Below are positions 1-12,113 of a stretch of DNA of 64,000 bases, piece by piece. Numbering within the stretch: the stretch's first letter is position 1; each line of letters begins with the position of its first letter. The notes beneath the pieces are model-generated. The model made no database searches. It was given only the letters and a program-made list of their open reading frames with translations, and was not told the origin of the DNA. Source of the DNA: Haliotis rubra (taxonomy: Eukaryota); NCBI RefSeq assembly GCF_003918875.1, contig NW_025767021.1:124001-188000 (forward strand). Reading direction: 5' to 3'. The position numbers and the translations under genes were made by a program.

Positions 1-72
1 ATGGCAATCATTCATTTCTCAAACATAAAGCTGATGGTTCCCCAAAGATTTATTTGCTCACAAGTGTCTTAC

Positions 73-3000
73 TTTGCTTCAGCCTTCTTGAGCAATGTAG
101 CTGTTTCAGTGGGACTCATGACAGAGTTGTTGTGATTGGAGTTGGAATTTCGCTTCTTGTCATTGATCTTGGCACCTGGAACATACAAACATGTAGATGA
201 TGATAGTGTGAATATCCAATGACTGTCAAAAGTATAGATATCAACACACTTTAGCATTATATTGTCAGTTATTTTACATCTGTAATTATTGTAAAATTTC
301 TATGTTAAACAAATAAATACCCATTAACACAGAGTACCCTATATGTATCACCTCCCACCCCCCTCTCCCACTCTGCTCACCATCTCTCTGCTCCTCCTTG
401 AAGGCCTCCTCCGCCCACCTCTCAGTGTAGTGTTTCCCCAGGGCGGGGATCTTGTATCCCCTCCCACCCCATCCCCAGGCCCCCACTCTGCTCACCATCT
501 CTCTGCTCCTCTTTGAGGTCCTCCTCCGCCCACTTCTCAGTGTAGTGTTTCCCCAGGGTGGTGATCTTGTATCCCTCCCACCCCATCCCCAGCCCCCACT
601 GCTCACCATCTCTCTGCTCCTCCTTGAAGGCCTCCTCCAGCCCACCTCTCAGTGTAGTGTTTCCCCAGGGTGGTGATCTTGTATCCCTCCCACCCCATCC
701 CCAGGCCCCCTCTGCTCACCATCTCTCTGCTCCTCTTTGAGGTCCTCCTCCGCCCACTTCTCAGTGTAGTGTTTCCCCAGGGTGGTGATCTTGTATCCCC
801 TCCCACCCCATCCCCAGCCCCCACTGCTCACCATCTCTCTGCTCCTCCTTGAAGGCCTCCTCCGCCCACTACTCAGTGTAGTTTTTCCCCAGAGTGGGGA
901 TCTTGTATCCCCTCCCCAGGCCCCCACTCTGCTCACCATCTCTACCCATGAAGGTCTGGGTTAGAATATTGATCTTCAGTAACCCATGCTTATCGTAAGA
1001 GGCGACTAACAGGATCGGGTGGTCAGGCTCGCTGACTTGGTTGACACATGTCATCGGTTCCAATTGCGCAGATCGATGCTCATGCTGGAATATTGCTGAG
1101 TGCGACGTAAAACTAAACTCACTCACTCATTCGGCATCTCTCTGATCCTCCTTGAGGTCCTCCTCCGCCCACTTCTCAGTGTAGTGTTTCCCCAGGGTGG
1201 GGATCTTGTATCCCCTAGCACCCAATCCCCAGGCCCCCACTCAGCTCACCATCTCTCTGCTCCTCCTTGAGGTCCTCCTCTGCCCACTTCTCAGTGTAGT
1301 GTTTCCCCAGGGCAGGGATCTTGTAGTACTCAGACTCGTCCTCATGTGACTTTAGTATTTCCTCCAGTAATTTCAAATCCTCATTTGAGATCTCCCCACA
1401 ATAAGGCTCAACTGACACCCAGAAGCGGTTCACAGCATCGTTCTTTGGCAATTTGGGCAAATCCACTGGAGAGTCCACAAAATCAAATTCCTGATTCTTG
1501 GACTGAAACAGCATCAAAGGTACATTGAATCACACTGACATTATATTCTTGCAATAATACAATGACAGCACATTTAATAGGAGTTCATGCTTAACCACAT
1601 CTAAAAACACACAATCTTTTCATCAACAGATTTCTTGAATTTTGAAATTTGTTGTTTTGAGAAGTATAACTGCTATTGTCTGAAACAAACTACGCAATAT
1701 TTCAAATAAACCAATGCCATAACCATAATGATCTCCATTAAAGATTTAAATAATGCTTATACTTTGATATAAGTGCAGTACACCACAATACACTGGTGTC
1801 TTTTAGCATAACTCTTTACACTGCTAGTCAGTACAACCATGTATCGAGGCATACAATATCACATGTATAACAAAATGAGAGTTAAAAAGCACAAACTTTA
1901 TCACTCGAATTAAATGACAGCACTGAGTGGTGATATCGCATGCAAAATACATACAAAAAAATTATTACTATCAGTATGCCTAACTACAATCATAATGAAA
2001 CACTTCTAACCAGTTTGCTGCCTCCCACCTGTGTGACTTTACTCTTAGGTCTGCTCGGTGGGGGTGGGGTAACACTAGAACTCTTCCCATTACTGTCTTT
2101 GAACTTCTTGCTGGGCTTGTCCTCGCCTCCTCCCTTCCCTCTCTTGCCGGATGTGGGGGGTCTCTGGTTGCTGGAGGGAGAGGATATACATCTACTTTGG
2201 AACCAGTCACCATTGTCAGTCATTGTTATCATTTTAAAGCATGTGCTATTATATATACAAATATGATTGCAACACTTGTAGAAAGACATCTTTATGTGCT
2301 TTTACTTGAAGAAAGGGATCTTTATATGTTATGGTTGGGAGTAATCAATTGAGATGAAATTCCCTTATAGCACACAACACCGGTTTTGAAACATCTACAC
2401 TGCATTGAATGTAACTTGAATATGAACCCACATATGTTGCGATTTATTACACAAAGGCTACAGCCAAAGAGATCATACTGAACCAGTTCATGACTAGAGC
2501 GATAATCTAAGCCTCATTTGGGGATACAGCAAAGTTTGGTACGAGCTGTACTGAGAGAATAATGTGCCCACAAAACAAATCGCATCTTCCAAAGGTAACA
2601 AACATTTTGAAAATTGTAACAAGTGCCACATATTTGTCATTCTTATAAGCACCAGTCTCTTGAGAACAATATCAAAGTTGCTTGGTCCCAACACATTTAC
2701 AATCTATAAACATTTGATTCAGGTTACAGCGATTTACTGTACAGGTCTGTGAATTTTATGGAGAAACATCATCTGAATTACAAAAACGGTACGACAGTGT
2801 TGGTGTTATAATGACATAAATCCCAAGATTTTGCCTGTGACAGAAACTTTCACCATTACCTGTTTGCCTGGCGTTGGCTTCTTGTCTTTCTTATCCTGCC
2901 AATTGACCAGGATCTGAATCTCACTCTCCAACAACTTCAGCCTCTTGCCTGCAGCTGCCAGCAGCGTTTCCAGGTCAGTCTGGATACTGCTTATCTCATC

Positions 3001-3427
3001 AATATTCACCCCATCCTCCTCACTCCTTTCTAGAACTGTAAAGGGATATAAACAGTGCTTTGTGAGGTGTTCCCATACCTCCTAAAAATTGAGGGGGATT
3101 AATAGAATATTTGATGAGTATGTGCTAATACTATTGCAGGTGAGAGTTCAGTTTGGAATGTTTTCTCATGAATGTGACACTGACACACATACTCTCATCT
3201 TCCAGAAGTTGTAAAGTCCTTTGAATGACTACAGTCAATGCTTTAATGGTCCTGGTTGATTGACCACCCCTTAACACTGTTTTAATCATGCAGTTTCTCA
3301 CAATCAATACTGTACCATTAGTAAGCTTTGGACAGTCTTTAGTATGGTCAACAGGCTGAAGGTCTGGGAATTGAAGAGGACAGCAATCTCCCTTTGATTC
3401 CTGCATGCCTTTTCCTTTACCTTTCAT
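73..3427 (-). CDS. TADA3: Transcriptional adapter 3 (SAGA/ATAC subunit), first five coding exons; gene continues left of the window
   Basis: Exons 3427-3316, 3035-2860, ~2163-2029, 1502-1250, 175-73 have GT-AG sites and consistent phase. The exon 3 acceptor is the least certain. Translation DCCPLQFPDLQPVDHTKDCPKLTNVLERSEEDGVNIDE...LETLL...WQDKK...PKNDAVNRFWVSVEPYC...YKIPALGKHYTEKWAEEDLKEEQRDG closely follows human TADA3 as I recall it. Confidence 0.95.
347..1249 (-). repeat. Six tandem ~112-bp copies of the 3' end of TADA3 exon 4 plus its splice donor
   Basis: ctcaccatctct recurs at 376, 491, 602, 715, 827, 932 and 1245 (the true exon end). Each unit encodes a YKIPxLGKHYTExWAEEDLKEEQRDG-like peptide followed by GTGAG. 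Confidence 0.93.
944..1134 (+). mobile_element. SINE-like repeat, family B (structured non-tRNA head), internally deleted
   Basis: Homologous to 29812-30045 and 40640-40775. It has an (actc)n tail and a 7-bp TSD catctct (937-943 / 1135-1141). Confidence 0.85.
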
Positions 3428-4299
3428 TATATGCTATTGAAACACTGAAATGTGAACACATTATCAATCAGAGCATAGCCCCTCTTTTAATAGAACACCA
3501 ATTACACTACCAGTATGCAAATTATTACAAATGCTACAGAATGCATTGTTATGGTAAGATCCCCCAGTACTACAGTTGATTGTGCACAACAAACAAACCG
3601 TTCCTTTGTTTTATAATTTATTTACATGAATCATTTACTAATAGCACTGCATATATGTATGCTCATATCATCCTTATATTATGGACTTGTTGTTTTCTCT
3701 CAGAACACATGAACAGCATTTCGTTAACTTATCCTTGATAAAATATGTATATCTTCAAAAACAAACCATCATCCAAGTATTTACAATATTTGTGTAACGC
3801 AATATACCTCAATACAGATCGGGCAACAACTGCTGTCCAAACACAAATAGTTTGATGATATATAGTTTATTGTCTTCACATGTATTTTCTCCTTATCATG
3901 GCTTATGTCGAGTTTAGTCACTGTCACTATAATATTGTGCTTGCAAGCCACAACATTAACAAACTTGTCGTGTTAATAACTAACTCTGTGAGTATCATAT
4001 GCCTACTGTATAAGGGTTTAATGAAATCAAAGGTGTAATTCCGTGTTAAAAGCGATAGGCAGCTGTCCACTTCTTATCACTGTATTAGTGCTCATCATTT
4101 GGCTCAGCGACATCACTTACCGGAGTGTCACTGTTGACTTTACAGTTTCTCCATTGCGTATAGGATGTATGTACCATGCAAATATACTGATTTGTTTATG
4201 AATAGGAGTATATCTATAGCGTCGGTTTCTGCTTAAGGAGCAGCATCATTAGGTATAATAGCTGCAGACATTCTCATGTACAGTTGCATATCACGAACA

Positions 4300-4408
4300 A
4301 AGCTGCAGGTGGACTGGCGGCCATTTTGAGCACACAACAACCAATGACAGTAAAGCTTCTATAGTTATTCCACCAATCAGCGTTGTGGACGCAAAGAAAA
4401 CACCAACA
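4300..4408. promoter_or_regulatory. Probable bidirectional promoter TADA3/PIGV
   Basis: The genes diverge here. CCAAT boxes at 4341 and 4373; YY1-type AAAATGGCCGCC on the minus strand at ~4316-4327; minus-strand donor GTAAGT at ~4120 consistent with a TADA3 5'UTR exon. Confidence 0.6.
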
Positions 4409-7400
4409 ATGGGTTATTTTGTGAAGTTGGAGCAAAAAGTAGAAACTTTTGCATTTCAAACACGCCTGATCACCTTATTTTTTCAGGTAAGTAAATTTTT
4501 ATCATCCGTATACGCTTGTCAAAAAGATTTGATCCATATTTGCTTGCGTTATGATGGAGAACAGGTGCTTGTTTTGACCGGCGACAGAGCCCAAATCCGA
4601 ATCGGCCTTGCCATGCTTGCACAACGCAGGCCGTTATCATTTGAAAGAATGGTTAAACCACCACTTGTTGCACTTCCACACTTCTTAAATGTCAAAACAG
4701 TACTACAACAACTATAGTTACTATAACGCGGGTGTCTAATAACACGGGGGGTCATCCATGGACCCAAGACCCGCGTTATGGATGACTGTACTACGGTATA
4801 TCAATTACAAACATGTATGTCATAGGCGCCCGGCTCTGATATATTTATAAGTATGACCTATATATATAAGATCTTATATCTTATATATATAGGTCATAAT
4901 TATTATATATATATATAGGTCATACTTATAAATATATCAGAGCCGGGCGCCTATGATGTATGTGTCAATTAATCAGTAAGTGTATTAATCAAAGTGTATG
5001 ATGATGATTTTATAATCCATGTTTGGGGTTCAATCACAAGAAAGATGACAAAAAAAATTTATGGACATACAACTTCTTTTATTCTGTAAAGAGCGACTGT
5101 GAAGTTAGTATCCATAAAAAATTGTCATCATTCTTCATCAACTCAACTTCTAATATGCCCATCAAAGAAGATACAATCACAAAATTGCAGCCTATACTTT
5201 GCAGGAATGTATTCTATCTTCCAGGTGATCTTCAATGCTGTTATTCCCGACCATGATGCTGACGTTTTCAACCCTCCAGCATCCCCAACCCACAACCAGA
5301 CAGCAGTGGACAGCATCATGGACATCGGGGTGGGTGGATTGAGAAGATGGGATGCAGTGTACTTCATCCATGTTGCAGAACATGGTTACATCTATGAGAA
5401 CGCTGTAGCTTTCTTCCCCCTGTACCCAGTCATTGTGGGGAAAATTGCCGATGTTTGTTACTGCTTCTCATTTGCAGGTCAAATCATGTCCAAATTAAAC
5501 CTCTGCTTAATCATCGGAGTGGCACTGAATGTCTACCTCTTCACCAAGGCAGCCTCTACACTGTTCCACTTGGGAGTCCAGGTTCTCAAAGATGAGAAAT
5601 TAGCATACAAGGCAGCCCTGTTGTTCTGCATCACCCCAGCCAGCATCTTCATGACAGCTCCCTACTCAGAATGTGTTTTTAGCTACCTCTTCTTCTCCGG
5701 GCTGCTGGCTTTTGCCAGTGGTGACACAATGAAGGCAGCATTTTGGTTTGGACTAAGTACATGTACAAGATCAAATGGCCTATTAGCAATTGGGTTCATC
5801 TTGTTCAGGAGAGTTAAGGGATTTATGTCCAGTATGCAACAAGTGACAAAAGCTAGATTTGAGACTGTGACTGAAAAGGGGATGATGATGGTGTCAATGA
5901 CAAATCTATACCTGGCTCCAGTCATTGTTGCGATTGTGCTGTGTGCTGGCCCATTCTGTTTGTATCAATATTACATTTACAGAATATTCTGTTTGTCAAA
6001 TGATGCAGATTTACCACAGCACCTAATTCGCTATGGTCGCTCCCAGAAGTACCATTTAGTTGGTGATGCTCCATCACCATGGTGTTCACAGTTACTTCCC
6101 TTGTCCTACAACTACATCCAGAAGCAGCACTGGGGTGTGGGTTTTCTCCAGTACTACGAGCTGAAGCAGGCCCCCAACTTCTTGCTGGCCACCCCCATGC
6201 TGGTGCTGAGTGTGTGTGCCTGCATATACTACTACAGACTCAACACATCCTGCTGCCACAGACTCGGCATGGTGCAGGAGGGGCAGACAGACAAGAAGAC
6301 GGATCTACAGAAAGGAAACTTTGGCTTCAAGAACACCAGACTTTTCATCTATGTAGGGCACCTGCTATTCACCACTGTCTTTGGGATTTTCTTTGTGCAC
6401 ATTCAGGTAAGAATCTGTTAGTTAATGATTCTGGTATAGTATAGATAGACAGTTCTTTGCATCAAGAAATATTATCATCCTCATCGAAATACAGCATGAA
6501 ACAGTGTCCATGGATTATTATCTATGTGAAACTATTGATATATGTTCGTTACCATGGTTACATCTACAAGTTGCTGTTAGCATGAAGCATAAACATATCA
6601 CCACTTCAAGGAATGATATAGGATTTCAAAGTAGCAGCCAAAAACAGCAAATTGGGAAAATGTTTGTTTTTAACCCAACTGGGAATTTTTTATCAGCTTC
6701 ATGTTCTGTTATTGGAATTTTCTGACATTACATAAATTGCAATAATACAGGGTGAGTAGTAACAGTTCTGACTGATGAGGACCTTTCACAACACCAGGAG
6801 AGAACCTTAAATCAGTGGGATGCATGCACTCCATCATTGCCGGCAGAAGTGTGTGGACCATGGAGGGGCTCATGTTGAAAAACAGTTAGAAACCATCTCT
6901 GTCATAGCAGCTAGGGCTCTAATGATGCATTGAACTATCGATGGATTGCAATTATTGAGTCTCTGATACCAATTAATCAATGGTAGAAACGAAAAACTAT
7001 CGATGCATCGATAGTAGGTGTGATTTATTACTGTCACAACAATTCGTCATGTTCTCTCATGAACACTTCCGTTGATAAATGTGCAGCGCAAAAGTACCAG
7101 ATTCGCTCACTTTGATTTAGAGTTATCTGCCCCTGCTTAATTGAGTTATGTTTTAAGTGTTTACTCGAATTTGGTTTCAAGTTTCTTGTCAGTTTTTTAA
7201 AGAGACTGAAACTACTTCAACTGTTTTTTTATTTCATGTAAACTATACATTCATTTGAGAAATGACTTCAAATGAGACGATTCAAGGAGAAGAAAAAAAC
7301 CTATTGCAATAGTATTAGTTGGTATTATAGTTGGTCGCAATAGACTATCGCTATTGCAGTATTATGTTGCAATAGACTATCGCTATTGCAGTATTATGTT

Positions 7401-10046
7401 GCAATAGACTATCGCTATTGCAGTATTATGTTGCAATAGACTATCGCTATTGCAGTATTATGTTGCAATAGACTATCGCTATTGCAGTATTATGTTGCAA
7501 TAGACTATCGCTATTGCAGTATTATGTTGCAATAGACTATCGCTATTGCAGTATTATGTTGCAATAAACTATCGCTATTGCAGTATTATGTTGCAATAGA
7601 CTATCGCTATTGCAGTATTATGTTAATAGACTATCGCTATTGCAGTATTATGTTGCAATAGACTATCGCTATTGCAGTATTATGTTGCAATAGACTATCG
7701 CTATTGCAGTATTATGTTGCAATAGACTATCGCTATTGCAGTATTATGTTGCAATAGACTATCGCTATTGCAGTATTATGTTGCAATAAACTATCGGTAT
7801 TGTATTATGTTGCAATAGACTATCGCTATTGCAGTATTATGTTGCAATAGACTATCGCTATTGCAGTATTATGTTGCAATAGACTATCGCTATTGCAGTA
7901 TTATGTTGCAATAGACTATCGCTATTGCAGTATTATGTTGCAATAAACTATAAGCTATTGCAGTATTATGTTGCAATAGACTATCGCTATTGCAGTATTA
8001 TGTTGCAATAGACTATCGCTATTGCAGTATTATGTTGCAATAGACTATCGCTATCACAGTATTATGTTGCAATAGACTATGGCTATCGCAGTATTATGTT
8101 GCAATAGACTATCGCTATTGCAGTATTATGTTGCAATAGACTATCGCTATTGCAGTATTATGTTGCAATAGACTATCGCTATTGCAGTATTATGTTGCAA
8201 TAGACTATAAGCTATTGCAGTATTATGTTGCAATAGACTATCGCTATTGCAGTATATGTTGCAATAGACTATCGCTATTGCAGTATTATGTTGCAATAGA
8301 CTATCGCTATTGCAGTATTATGTTGCAATAGACTATCGCTATTGCAGTATTATGTTGCAATAGACTATCGCTATTGCAGTATTATGTTGCAATAGACTAT
8401 CGCTATTGCAGTATTATGTTGCAATAGACTATCGCTATTGCAGTATTATGTTGCAATAGACTATCGCTATTGCAGTATTATGTTGCAATAGACTATCGCT
8501 ATTGCAGTATTATGTTGCAATAAACTATCGCTATTGCAGTATTATGTCGCAATAGACTATCGCTATTGCAGTATTATGTCGCAATAGACTATCGCTATTG
8601 CAGTATTATGTTGCAATAGACTATCGCTATTGCAGTATTATGTTGCAATAGACTATCGCTATTGCAGTATTATGTTGCAATAGACTATCGCTATTGCAGT
8701 ATTATGTTGCAATAGACTATCGCTATTGCAGTATTATGTTGCAATAGACTATCGCTATTGCAGTATTATGTTGCAATAGACTATCGCTATTGCAGTATTA
8801 TGTTGCAATAGACTATCATATTATTGCAGTATTATATTGCAGTATTATGTTGCAATAGACTATCGCTATTGCAGTATTATGTTGCAATAGACTATCGCTA
8901 TTGCAGATATGTTGCAATAGACTATCGCTATTGCAGTATTATGTTGCAATAGACTATCGCTATTGCAGTATTATGTTGCAATAGACTATCGCTATTGCAG
9001 TATTATGTTGCAATAGACTATCGCTATTGCAGTATTATGTTGCAATAGACTATCGCTATTGCAGTATTATGTCGCAATAGACTATCGCTATTGCAGTATT
9101 ATGTTGCAATAGACTATCGCTATTGCAGTATTATGTTGCAATAGACTATCGCTATTGCAGTATTATGTTGCAAAAAACTATCGATATTGCAGTATTATGT
9201 TACAATAGACTATCGCTATTGCAGTATTATGTTGCAATAGACTATCGCTATTGCAGTATTATGTCGCAATAGACTATTGCTATTGCAGTATTATGTCGCA
9301 ATAGACTATCGCTATTGCAGTATTATGTTGCAATAGACTATCGCTATTGCAGTATTATGTTGCGATAGACTATCACTATTGCAGTATTATGTTGCAATAA
9401 ACTATCGCTATTGCAATAGTTGTTTCCCCTCAGTAGTCACCCCTAATGGCAGTCAATCATAGACTCAGAACTTGTATCAAACTTGATGTGCAAATTTATG
9501 TATCATACATATTAAATCTATATTTATTTATTATAAAATATATCTGACTGTCCGCATGGCAGACTAAGGCTGAATATAAGCCTCAGTGTACCACTGAGAA
9601 TGCCTAGATACATCCCTGACATTGCCCATCACTGCAAGGATATTAACAGTGGGGTCTAAGAATTTATTATTAACCTACTTTCATTTATTTGTTATTATTT
9701 TTCAGTCAATCTTTGGACATATATTTTGAGAATATTTCTATCCCAGGTAATGACCCGACTCCTTGCGTCCACCTCCCCTGTGATCTACTGGTTTGCTGCT
9801 CAGCTCATCACGGACAAGACCTACTATCAGAACTCCTCCAACAAGTACAACATTTTCTCACCACAAAGAGTCCAGCGCATTGAGACGGGGGCCAACCTGC
9901 AGCAGGCCCAGAAGGGGAACCTGCTCATTGACCAGATCTCAGACTTCTGGAAACAGAGCACCAACACCAAACTCGTGCTGGTCTACTTCATGTGTTACTT
10001 TGTAGTAGGGACAGCAGCTTTTGCCAACTTCCTCCCATGGACATAA
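4409..10046 (+). CDS. PIGV: GPI mannosyltransferase 2, 3 exons, ~519 aa
   Basis: Exons 4409-4486, 5225-6406, 9747-10046, all phase-0 GT-AG junctions. Family motifs FNAVIPDH, RWDAVYF, HGYIYE..AFFPLYP, PASIFMTAPYSE, RSNG, YIQKQHWGVGFLQYY, PNFLLA, HIQVMTRLL and C-terminal NFLPWT. Confidence 0.96.
4821..4955. mobile_element. 135-bp foldback MITE in PIGV intron 1
   Basis: ~48-bp perfect TIR cataggcgcccggctctgatatatttataagtatgacc... / ...cagagccgggcgcctatg, with a perfect 8-bp TSD atgtatgt (4813-4820 / 4956-4963). Confidence 0.88.
6912..9445. mobile_element. Probable hAT-type MITE enclosing the 32-bp satellite
   Basis: Termini TAGGG...CCCTA; flanks atagcagc / atggcagt (6/8 match, decayed 8-bp TSD); ctatcgat-type subterminal motifs at 6935-7015. 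Confidence 0.55.
7338..9418. repeat. 32-bp tandem satellite, ~65 copies, in PIGV intron 2
   Basis: Unit gcaatagactatcgctattgcagtattatgtt (period 7401 to 7433); internal palindrome TGCAATAG-N7-CTATTGCA; no unique spacers. Confidence 0.97.
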
Positions 10047-10270
10047 TTACACAGTTAATGTATTATAGAATAATACTATTACTTCACTGCCATGATAACC
10101 TGACATCACTAACAATAATCTCTACTGCTGCTACAGAGTGTTATATGTTGTCTTAGTTTGCTCTAGCTTTGGTTGTGATTTTGAGATATTGACCATATAT
10201 TGGTCAAATGTACAAGTATGCTGCAGCCCCAGGTACTAGATATAACATCTCCATACAAAAACCTCCCTAA

Positions 10271-10505
10271 GGGACCATTCATAATTTATGGCTTGGGGTG
10301 TGTGTGAGTGTTTGTGTGATAATGGGTCACCCATTTTGTTCTGGGGAGGTCGGGGCAGCAATTATTGTGTACACGTGCAGTGTGTGCAATTTTGCACATA
10401 AAAATATTAAATGTATGCTTAAAAATAAGGGGGGGGGGGTGTCATTGTACATGATATGCATAACAATCATCCCCCCAACCCTTGCCATAAATTATCAACA
10501 GTCCC
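10271..10505. mobile_element. PIF/Harbinger-like MITE downstream of the PIGV stop codon
   Basis: Imperfect TIR GGGACCATTCATAATTTATGGC / GCCATAAATTATCAACAGTCCC with TAA on both sides. Confidence 0.75.
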
Positions 10506-12063
10506 TAACGGAAATACTGGTAGTTTTCACAATTCTGATTCAGTATCATCATAGGTTATTTAAGGACCTGTTCCAAGTTGTAAGGATGAAATGGTCAGAT
10601 GGGGACAGAAGCCAGATGAGTAATTTCTCCAGTTGTAATGTGAAAGTCAAAGAATCGATGTTAAGAATTTTGAAATGGTGCTTTTTAATATCAAGAGTAT
10701 ATTTTGTACTGTGAGGCACCACTTGCTGAAACTCTGCACATAAATTGGGTGTTCATTGCAGGTATGGATGTAATGCCTACATTTTACCAGTAATACCTGG
10801 TGATATTCAGTGTTCTGGCATTTTGACATTTGTTTATGACTTACATGACCATTATTCTAAAGGCAGCTAATATCATGATTGTTTCATTTATAGATGTTCA
10901 TTGTGTCATGTTCCTCATGTGTCCATGTGTTAAGTATGTCTTGCTGATGTGATCAGGGAATCAGTTTGCTGTTTTGACAAGGCAACATCTTGGAATGTTT
11001 GGCCAAAGTTCAGAATTTTAAAAAATATTAATGTTTTTTCATGTCTTATGTTGGCAAGCAGGTAATAATACTTCAAGGTAGTCATTGTCCAAAGAATATG
11101 TAAGGGATAAGTGATACACATATCCTCTCACATTGAGGGTCAAGATATTAGAAAGACTATGTGTAATATTCATGCATAAATAATATTTTTAGGACTATGT
11201 TTTCAATGAACAGGGGTATTATATTTATTCAGCTGTGAACATGACATTTTCTCACTGGTGAATATACATGCATGACAAGCTGTGTAACAATGAATAAAAG
11301 CACTGTTCTGTAAGTGTGTGATCACGGTATTTGAGACAGAGTATCACCCACACACTACCTCACTATGTCTCACGCTGGCAATTGTGATTGTCAGACAAGT
11401 TGTACTGTGGAGAGATTTCCTGAAGAAATAAGATTTCAGACAAAATGTTGGCTGAAAGAAATTAAAATACTAGAATGTTTCATGTATTTTAATTTTGAGA
11501 TTTATTTTTCTTAATTTTGTGTATTTTTCATGTTTGTGTATCTGCTACACTTTAGCTGTTAATGGTCACATTAGTAATCAGTTACTAGATGGGTAGTTGT
11601 GTAATACTGCTTATGTTTGTTATCAGGTCATGTAGCCATTTTATATCACTATCTTAAACATCAGTTAGGGCTGATATGCAGTCTTTTTAAAATGCTATGA
11701 ATCATTAGCTGGTACCATCAATATTATTTATACAATACAAATAAATAGTTCCATGAATATATAGTTGATGGGTTTGTTCTCATTAAAGCAGAGATTTCAT
11801 AAGTTGACGCTGTGTTGACAGAAGTCTTTACTGGCAAACAAGGATAAGTTGAGCACCGACCTGACAATTAGCATGTATGAGTGCAGCCCTCTGGCGCTTG
11901 CCATTGCGAGCAAAGGGGCCCTAGGTTGTCCACGATCAAGTGTAGTGGTACACTGACCACGTGAGAGTCGTATGAGCAAGGCGTGTGCAGCTACACGGGG
12001 AATCAATTTCATCGTCATGCACTGCATTTGCACTAGCCTACATCTGCTCTACCTTTCACAAAC

Positions 12064-12113
12064 CCCGCCATATAGCTGGAATATTGCTGAGTGCGGCGGT
12101 AAAACTCACTCAC
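12064..12113 (+). mobile_element. SINE 3' tail fragment
   Basis: ccgccatatagctggaatattgctgagtgcggcggtaaaactcactcact matches the tail of the copies at 1083-1130 and 29988-30045. Confidence 0.7.

Noticed and set aside
286-1126. Several short ORFs resembling TADA3, i.e. extra coding exons
   Set aside because: The copies lack acceptors and shift frame, and read-through from exon 4 hits a stop.
5099-5224. N-terminal part of the 440-aa ORF as the PIGV start
   Set aside because: Intronic read-through; similarity begins at the acceptor at 5225, and exon 4409-4486 supplies the N-terminus.
7338-9418. CRISPR-like array of 32-bp palindromic repeats
   Set aside because: Units are contiguous with no unique spacers, there are no cas genes, and the array lies in a eukaryotic intron.
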